Source: Seison nebaliae
Lineage: Eukaryota
NCBI GenBank assembly: GCA_023231475.1
Contig: JALJEE010000288.1
Span: 1-64,000 of the forward strand
Reading direction: 5' to 3'
Length of the DNA stretch: 64,000 bases
The translations under genes were made by a program, and so were the position numbers. The notes under the pieces are model-generated. The model saw only the letters and a list, made by a program, of their open reading frames with translations, ran no database searches and had not been told where the DNA came from. The first letter of the stretch is position 1; every line of letters starts with the position of its first letter. Shown one piece after another: positions 51,699 through 64,000 of the stretch.

Positions 51699-52099
51699 TT
51701 TTATTGTTGAAATAAGAATGTTTTTTTTTCTTCAAATTAAATAAAACGAAAAATTTCCAAATTCTTAAATTGTTGTTGTTTTTAGTTTGAATTAAATTCT
51801 GTCTTTAAATTAATTTCGTATTATTTTCATCTTTTTATGATGAAATAATGAGAATAAATTTGTCAATTCATTCACCATTCTACTGGAATCCTCTTATATT
51901 TTTCAAGAAAAAATAAAAATTAGTTGAAAGAAATTTTGAGAGTATTTTAGAGGTTTGTGGAATTGAAGAATTAGCTGAGAAAGTTATTTTATAATCTATC
52001 CCACATCATTACTACATGGCGTTCTCGATATAAATGTTCTTCTCATTTAATTTTTTAGCGAGAAATTTAGTACAGAAAATCCCACAAAACATAAAGAAA

Positions 52100-54538
52100 A
52101 TGAAAACTCTTCAAGTTCTCAATAGTTTGTCGAAGTCAAAAGTTTTTATTCTTTTCTTTCTTTTGATCATTTTATTTGATTGATAGGAAGAATTTATTCC
52201 TAGAAATGGAAATAAAGTTTATTGGTATTCTTGTGGACCAACTGTCTACGATCAGGCACATATGGGTCATGCTCGCTCTTACATCACTTTCGATATTATT
52301 CGACGAATAATGTCTGATTATTTCTCTTACAATATCGTATATTGTATGAATATTACAGATGTGGATGATAAAGTTCCATTTATTTGATCTATAGAAAATT
52401 TAATTAATTTATTGATCAATTTAAGATTATTAAAAATTCGAGGAAAAGTCTTCTTTGGAGAAGTTTTCGGAAGGAAACGAAAATTGAGAAAATTAAAGAA
52501 ACTTTAGAAAATGCAATTAAAGTTATTATTTTGAAATTCCTATTAATATAATTTGAGTTTATTAGAATTTCGAGGAGAAATTAACTAGTAATGAAGATGA
52601 TGCTTTGAAAAAGTTTAGACGAAATTGTATCGAAATTGGGAAAGATCTTTTAAAATCTGAGAATTTTGTTCATTTCTAAATATCTTCTCATAATTTTTAT
52701 TTCAATAATTCCAGAATGAAATGGAGAAAGTGAAAGATATTGTCGCTGAATATTTAGACGATATATTCGGTCAGACGACACAGATTGACAACGAGAAGAT
52801 GTTGGAATATCCGAAAATTTATGAAAAGGAATTTTTCGAGAATATGAAAAAATTGAACGTTAAAATTAAAATTTTTTTTTTAAAAAATAAAAATTTCTGC
52901 AGGTTTTGCCACCCGATCACTTGACACGTGTGAGTGAATATATCGAAGAAAATATCGATTTTATAAAACGAATTATCGATAATGGATATGGTTATGAATC
53001 GAATGGATCAGTTTATTTTGATACAATGAAATTTGAGAATTCTCCAAATCATACATATCTCAAATTAGTGACTAGTGCTAGAGGTAATTTAGATCTGTTG
53101 GCGGAAGGTGAAGGACAATTGATTGATCTAAATGTTGAGAAAAGAAACGTTCAAGATTTTGCTTTATGGAAAGCATCAAAACCAGGAGAACCAAAATGGT
53201 CTTCGCCATGGGGAGTTGGTCGACCAGGTTGGCATATCGAATGTTCGGCGATGGCCGATAGTATTTTCGGAAAAGAGATTGATGTTCATTCTGGAGGAGT
53301 CGATTTGAAATTTCCTCATCATGACAATGAAATCGCTCAAAGTGAAGCTGCTAATAATTCAGATAATTGGTGTAATTATTTCTTACATAGCGGTCATCTC
53401 CATATCGAAGGTCGGAAGATGTCGAAATCATTAAAGAATTTCGTTACAATTAATGAAGCACTCGCTAAATATTCATATCGAACCATTCGTCTATTATTTC
53501 TTCTTCATCCATGGAATGATAGTTTAGATTTCTCAAATGATTCTATGTTAATGGCAATCGAATATGAGAAAAGTTTCCAAGAATTATTCGATCGATCAAT
53601 CGATATCTTCCGTCAGAATAATCATGAAAAATTATTGATCGATGGATGTGATGGATTATTTCCAGGATATAAAATGAAAAAATTGAATAAAATTGAGTTG
53701 AATCTTATGAAAGAATTCGAAGAATTGTCATCAGAAACTGATCAATTTTTATGTGACAATTTCAATACGAGAAATATCCTGTTATCTTTCAAGAATCAAT
53801 TAAATTCCATCAATCGATATTTGGGATCGACAATCGATAACGAAATTGATTTTTTCCTTCTTTATAAATTTGTTGTATATTTCACTCAAATATTCAACAT
53901 TTTCGGATTAAATGATCGAAAGATAAAAATTGGATTTTCTTCTTCCAAATCAACAGAACAATCATCCACTTCTGATTGTATGTATCCAACAGCATTCGCT
54001 TTAGGCAAATTCCGAGAATCTATTCGGAATATAGCTAAAAAAAATCAAGAAGAATTATTGAAGGAATGTGATCTTTTACGTGACGATGTCTTACCATCAT
54101 TAGGAATTGTTTTGGAAGATAAATCATTAACTACAGGATCATCTTTCGTTATTAAATTGAAAGATCCGGAAGAGATATTGAAAGAGAATGAAGCAAAAAA
54201 ACAAGTTTTTCATAATGAATTTCTTATAAAACTTTCTAATTTTCTTTCAGGCCGAAATCGAAAAAAAATTAGCCCAAATCAAATTGAAAGAAGAGAAAGA
54301 TAAGCAAAATTCTGTTAACCCAAAAACGATGTTCCTTTCAATGACTGATAAATATTCGGAATTCGATGAAAACGTTCGAAATATATTTTTCTATTCTTCA
54401 ACTTAACTTTTATTCATTTTTTAGGGATTACCATCGAAATTGGTGAACGGTGAAAAAATTAGTGAGAGTCAATTGAAGAAATTGAAGAAACAACAAAATT
54501 TACAATTGAAACGATTTGAAAAATTTCAATCTAGTTGA
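52100..54538 (+). CDS. CARS1: Cytoplasmic cysteinyl-tRNA synthetase, 8 exons (start may extend upstream)
   Basis: [17 protein letters not shown] (HIGH-like), [40 protein letters not shown]. Seven short GT-AG introns. Confidence 0.96.
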
Positions 54539-54677
54539 AGTTTCGGATTAATAATTTTATCAGAACATTTTCCTTATGACGAATGAATAGTGATTTTATC
54601 GAATAAATTTAATTTATTAAGGGAAAATTTCGAATTTTTATTATTCTTTAATAAATTTTAACAAAATTCTTCAATGT

Positions 54678-55345
54678 TTATGATTCGACAACTGGGCCTT
54701 TACTGGACACGTAAATACCATCCAAAAACTTTCTGATATCCTTGTTTCGTACGAGTGCCGATTGGTGAACCAAAGCTGCACATCGAGAAACGGCTTCAAC
54801 ATCATTTCCTTTCAGATGAAGTTCGTTGTTAGCAGCTGATGGATTTGAGATCTCGACACCAGGCATCATTTTGACTTCACGTAAATGTTTCTCTCCCAAA
54901 AAGTTTCTGACATTGACTGTATCCGTTTTCGTTGATGACATCATAACGGTGATGGGGAAATGAGCATATACTGCTTTCATCTTATAACAGAATCCTATTA
55001 AATTGAAAAATAATTTGAAGATATAAAGTAGATAGGAACCTTCAGTAACTCCTTTGAACATATTCTGAATATGGGAACAACATGTTCGAATCGTAGCGAT
55101 CTCTTTCTTGGTACCAAACCATTTCTCAATCACAATATTATTGCCATGTCTCTTAATATTGACATTCGAATGTTTGAATGATCGTTTCAATTTGCCTCTC
55201 GGTCCTTCTACTTCAACAACTCGGCACTTGACATTTACTTTGACTGAAATAGTTAAATGAACAAATTCTAATTTTTGTTTAAAAGTGAATAAGAAGAACC
55301 TCCTTTTGGAATCTCGATTGATTGACAATTTACAACGTCTTTCAT
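54678..55345 (-). CDS. RPL9: 60S ribosomal protein L9 (uL6), 3 exons
   Basis: GPRGKLKRSFKH, YKMKAVYAHFPI, RNFLGEK, KDIRKFLDGIYVS. Introns 55299-55244 and 55039-54995. Confidence 0.96.
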
Positions 55346-56021
55346 TTTCTTTACTTTTGAAATTTAAGAAAAACTATTTATTTCTAAAGGAAGAAATTTA
55401 GGAATTAATAATTGGATGGAAGATATAAAATATCAATGGGTTCACACAAAATATTCTCCACATTTTACTGTTGTTGTTTGAATATTTGTAATTTAAAAAT
55501 TTTGAAAATTTTTTTTCGTACTGTCACAATTTCCTTTTTTTTGTTTAGCAGTTGTAAAGAATGTTAGAAAGAATAAAGCTACTCAATGAATGATCTAATA
55601 CTTCTCTAACATTATCAAAATAAATGTTTTAGACACTCTTATTACATTAGTTAAAGATGAATTATTTAGATAATATAATTCCATTTTATTCAATTTAAAA
55701 TAAATTATTAGATGAAATGAATAAAGAAATCGAAGGAAAAATGAAATAAATAAAATAAAGGTAGAGTAGAAATCCAGGAGAGAACATGATATGAAATATA
55801 AAATATTTTGGGAGAGAATATCAATAATACTTTAAGAATTATTCGAATGAACAATAAATAAATTGGGGATTGATTGATACAGTTCAATAAAATGATGCAA
55901 GTAAAATATGAATTCTTTTTCGTATATAATGTCGAATTCACTATGTCGAATGATCATTGGGATGGAAAAAGAAATATAAAAAATATTAAAGCTGGTAAAT
56001 GAGATGATTGTAGAGAAATGA

Positions 56022-58925
<2,904 letters not shown>

Positions 58926-61900
58926 GCTGTGCTATATCTAATAATTCTTTTGGGGAAGAAATGGAAAATGATAAGAATAGTTTGAAAGAAATTTCTGATA
59001 AAATATTAGTTAATAGATGAAAAGTCAGATGAATTAGTTAGTCGTATCTATCATCATTGAGGCGTTGAATGAATGGAATGGAATGGATGTTGGAAGAGAT
59101 GGAAGATAATATGAAGAAAGTAGATAATTATAAATAGAATGTAAGTGAAAACATTTGCATAATATAATTAAAAGAAAGAAAGTTATTGTGTTTCGTTTAT
59201 TAAAGATTGGGAATTAGCATATAATAATAATTATGGTCACAAAGAGGTAGAGGCGAATATACTTAAAACTTGTGCATATTCTATTAAAACTAATGAATTT
59301 ATAATAAGCTTATCAGGGAAGAGGTTGTTGGAAGAAACGGTAGAAAAGCTGGTGAAGAAGAAGGGGTTGAATTAGAATGAATGTAGGAACCGTTCAAAAT
59401 TTTAATATAATATATTGATGACAATATGGGACGGTGTATTTGATGAAATATTGATGAGATCGAAAAAAGACAATTAGAAAACTAAAAGGCAAATATAAAA
59501 TGCACAATGACGAAGATGTTAAAGAAGGAAAGTTATTGATTCATTTTCATCAATTCTCTCGAGATGAACTACTTCTCATCTATAATCATATTGCAAACGA
59601 ATAATATTGGTGCATTGCATCTGCACAAATGGAATGTGTCTCTAAGTAAAAACATTTAATTGAACTGTTTCATCTTTCTGTTCTCCGATAGAGTTATGGT
59701 GCGAAAATTCCTTTCATTGATAATTTAATTAACTTCTCAATTGACATTCCTCCTCCTTCTTCCCCCACCCGAAAATCCTCATTAGTTTTTAATAAATTTC
59801 TCCAAAAATGCATTTGATAAGAAATTATCGTTATCATCATCAGCATCATCAGTGTCCGTCTCTAGTGAGACATGAGAACTATGAGCCTAATGAGAAGACA
59901 AATGGGAAAGGATTAATCGACAGTTCACTTTCTAGCGAATATTCTCACATCTAGTTCGTATTCCCTAGTTCTACGCTTTGCCATATTCGTCGTTAGTTGC
60001 CTTGTATATGTTGGCACTTCGGAAAAAATTGGAAGTTAGAAAGAAGAAAACGAAGACGAATAAATGGGAAGAAGTAGTGCGGGTAAAGTAGAGGAGAAGA
60101 AGCAGAAAATAAGAATGATGAAGAATGAGGCAAATAAGATGTGCGAACTCCCATAGGAATGGCGCCAAGCGTAATTATATGAATAGTGAAATCGAAACTC
60201 TTCGGTCTTATCGGAGAATGAATGAAAAAGGAATTTTGAAATGACGATCAAAATATTGATAATAAAATGATGTTTTGACGATATGTGCTTCTCAGATATA
60301 ATTTCAATTAGATTTCATTATGCCTCTCCCATCTTCAGTCTTCCTCCAATTTACAATGCCTTCTTTCTCTTCCTCACCTATTCTTCTCCTTCCTTAGATT
60401 GAATGTTATCGAATGATAACGTTTGTCGGTGAAAACCGGAGAATGGCACATGGAAAAACAACATTGCGATCATTCCGCTACTCATATAACAGGATCATTC
60501 TGACGATTTTTTTTCTATGCATATGCCTCTGACGAATGAGTTGTGATCGATCATTTATGCAGTCGTACCCAGTCATTCGTTGCTTCTCCTGTCACAACGA
60601 GAGAAAAGGAATAACAGACTGACAAAAAAATTAAATTTGTAATTGAATGACAAGAATTTTTCAATTCCACCCTCCGTCTACCTGATGATGATAAATGATA
60701 TTCAAATTGATCGATAAGCAATTTATTTGAATAATACAACTCAATAATAATATCATTAAGTTGATAAGGTCTGATTTGAAAATTGAAGTGAAATAATTGA
60801 ACTGTAAATTTGAAATTTAATTTTTGAAGGAGAAGAAAATTTGATTAAGATTTGATAAAAAGTAAAGTTAAATAATACGTTAGGGAATGAGATAGTTGGT
60901 CATGAGAGTTACCTAACGAAATACCATGACCGCATTACTACCAAATAGTTCCCCAAAGAATAGGGTAGAAGAGAAATGGACCTAATCCTCCACTGTTTTG
61001 TTCCCAAGTTGTAGAGCGATTAGGGAAAAGCAATAAGGGAATACTATCATTCCAACGTAGCAACAACATTAAGGAGAATGTTTATGAATGAAAATCATGC
61101 AACAGTTTCTCATCCACCATCATCTATTGAATGAATGAACAGAATGAAAGGAAGATTTGGTGAGGAGAAACATGAAAATGAACAGATTTGTTGAACGAGT
61201 CGTTAATATTGGGACATCATGTCAACGATCCGATAGATTATTATTCTGTCTTTCACATTGATCAACATGAATTATGAGTAGAAACACACGAAAATTAATT
61301 GATATAATCATAATCACATGGTTGTATATCTGGGAGAGAAATGATAAAACAAAAAAAACTTTTTCTATTATCAGCGAGAATAATGGACGAATTCGCTTAT
61401 AAATACGAGAACGGATGCTCCTCTTTTTCTATAGAAATGTGTAGTAGATAATAATAACTCTCGTGTACTATGCATATTGCGACTGAACAATTGTGACAAA
61501 GTAAAAGAAAATCAGCATAGAAGGGAAATATGAAGGTGAGACAATGATAAGCATATGGTCGAGAGATAAATTTTTCAATTTACTATTCATTCATTCATTC
61601 TTTCGCTCACTGACTATTTCTCATCTAGAAATTATAATGTGAGCTAATTGAATAAATTAAAGTCTTCCCAAAAAGCGAATTGGTCGCGACAATCGTCTTC
61701 TTTCCTATTGGCTTTTCTTCATCTTTCTTTCAAATTTTGACGCCTGCACACAACTTAACTTGACAGTTCAGCCGATATTCTCACGGAATATCAACTGTGC
61801 TCTTTTCAATTCACTCTTATCACACGTTCACCCATTCACACATTAAACCACGATGACGATATGACTGTCCTTTCTCACCGCAACCAATCAATAAAGTAAA

Positions 61901-64000
61901 AGAATTCTTTACTTTTTCCGTTAGAGAATAAATGAATTTTTCTGTATTATATCAGACAAATTATTGCCTTTCTTACAAATAAGAAGTTTCGGTGAAATTG
62001 TAGGAGAGTGCTAATAATTAGGCGAACGCTTTATATGTTTCACCATTCAACACAGTTAGAATTGTCTCATTAACAATATCTGACAACGATGTACGTTTTT
62101 TGTTTGGCGATTATGATTTCCAATTTTACCGACAATTCTTAAAAGTATTTCTTTGGTATTTCCTTCAGAACCACGATCGAATCACCTTATTGTGATAAAT
62201 TAGTAAATCGACGCCGACGTTTAATGAAATAAAACGAAATTCGCCTCTTCTTCTTTTACTAAATTGACAAACAAGAAAACTTATATCGTTTTGATATCAA
62301 CCGACAATACACTGTTACAAGAACTCCGTTTCAGCACAACAAATTTAGGTAAACCCTTATTCAACTTAAGGTAATTTAAAAGAAAAAAAAAATCGGTTCG
62401 ATGTTAAAATATTTCTTCCTATCCGATAGATCAATTTCAATGATTCATTCCAATTAATACGAAGTGAAATTATTATAAAAGGAATTTTTTCATCGATCTC
62501 ATTATTGTAATTCGTCCTTTCCATCCAATTCAAATATACGGAAAACCATATCGATGGATTTTTAGCGGGAAATTTGCATATTTCTTCATACGGGTAAGTG
62601 CCAATTAGATTTTCCAGGAATTTCCCATGAGAAGATGACGATAAATTAGAAAGCTCTCTAATATTTGTCCATTTATTCTTTTCTCGATTTTTGTTGTGCT
62701 GATGTTCGTCAAAGAATAACCGAGTAGCTTTCTACTCTACGAATATTTGTATTTCATTCGTTCACAACTTTCTTTAAATTGTAATTTCTCCTCATGTTTT
62801 AGGATTTTTTAGTAAAATTTCAAACTTCTATGGCAATACAGTTTTACCCACTTATAAATTGTTCTCCAAAATAAAAATAAAACGGACGAATCTATTCCTT
62901 CGAAACATTCGAAGTCAAAGAAATAAGAGTAACTGTGCATTTTTTAAAGGGCATAAAATGTTTTCCAAAATTTCAAAGGAAAGAGTAGAGCTGTTCGAAA
63001 TCCAAATAAGATTCCGACATTTTCGATAAGATTATTTTACTTTTATGGAATGCGATTGATTCCTAATGTTCAAAGTTGATTAATTTACCTAATTTTTTAA
63101 AAATAGTATCAGATGGATGTTTAACAACTATAAAAAAAATGTTTCCAGGAAATTGAACACATATTAATATCATATATGTACATATACATTAAAGATTTTT
63201 CGAAAATTTGATTTTTAAAAATTCTTAAAGTTAAAAAAGTCTAAATTTTGCATAAATTTTTGAAATAAAGTTCAATAAAGGATCACCTGCTGGTTGAGCA
63301 GGACTGCATATGCGTGAAAAACTACTGACACAGACTACATGAGTAATATTGTTGTTTAATGAGTAAATAATAATCCTTTTCTCATTAATAAATTTTTCTT
63401 TTGAAACAATCATAAAAGGATGAAATACTTACTCATTATACATGTATTTCGATAGTTTCTAAAGTTTTGAAACTCACAAGTTTGCACTTGTGAGTTTATA
63501 TTATTGGTATGTAATATCTGAATAATCATTTCTCATCTAACAAAGTAAGCCTAAAAGGAATAAGTGGATATTCGTGAGCAAGAAGTTATCAAGTTTACTC
63601 ATTTATCCACATTTACCCAATTCTGTTTAGAGCATTTCAAGCTATTTATAATGATAACAAATTCAACCTCATGTGTGAAAGTGTTGAAAAAATCTACTGG
63701 ATATTTATCGTCTTAGATAATCGGCTACAATTAATTATTCAATTCACAATAATTAGGAAGATTAAGATAAAAGGTTGAGGTAATCATTATATGAGATAAC
63801 AATAATTGAAAAATATTCCTTATTGTTTCTATTCCTAACTAATAATAAATATTATCATAATATAGAGATTATAACCGATATTGTATCATTATATTAAACT
63901 AATCGTAGAAGAACTTATATTGATAATTTCCATAAATCTTCAATTTTGAGGAAGTTTCAAAGATTGTCATTTTATTTAATTTTGAAAAGAAAAGGTTTTT

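Noticed and set aside
51950..52099. Possible upstream CARS1 exon(s) giving an N-terminal extension
   Set aside because: A GTT...TAG intron at 52021-52058 is plausible, but I could not link an in-frame ATG with canonical splice sites.

Overview
AT-rich, gene-dense nuclear DNA from an animal with motile cilia. It carries COE/EBF, an UNC5-like receptor, a tektin and DAW1. The tiny 40-65 nt introns and compact layout would fit a small invertebrate such as a rotifer relative, but that is inference only. The window opens with decayed MULE and Tc1/mariner transposases, then MCTS1 and an STPG2-like gene. A ~16 kb gene-poor stretch precedes a divergent UNC5-like receptor. A dense cluster follows: SMC6, DAW1, RCE1, MRPS24, LSM2, MED26-like, UQCRFS1, tektin, cyclophilin, METTL3, MICU, RPL38, CARS1, RPL9 and COE. 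The most striking signal is the splicing code. Of 46 introns I reconstructed by hand, 42 begin GTT, 2 GTC and 2 GTA. None has the canonical GTRAG donor and only 14 have +5 G. Also notable are an operon-like MRPS24-RCE1 junction with an unpaired acceptor (possible SL trans-splicing), the apparent loss of ZU5/UPA/death domains in the UNC5-like receptor, candidate phase-0 cassette/micro-exons in MICU, and RFX X-boxes upstream of ciliary genes. All family calls come from recalled motifs; no searches were run.
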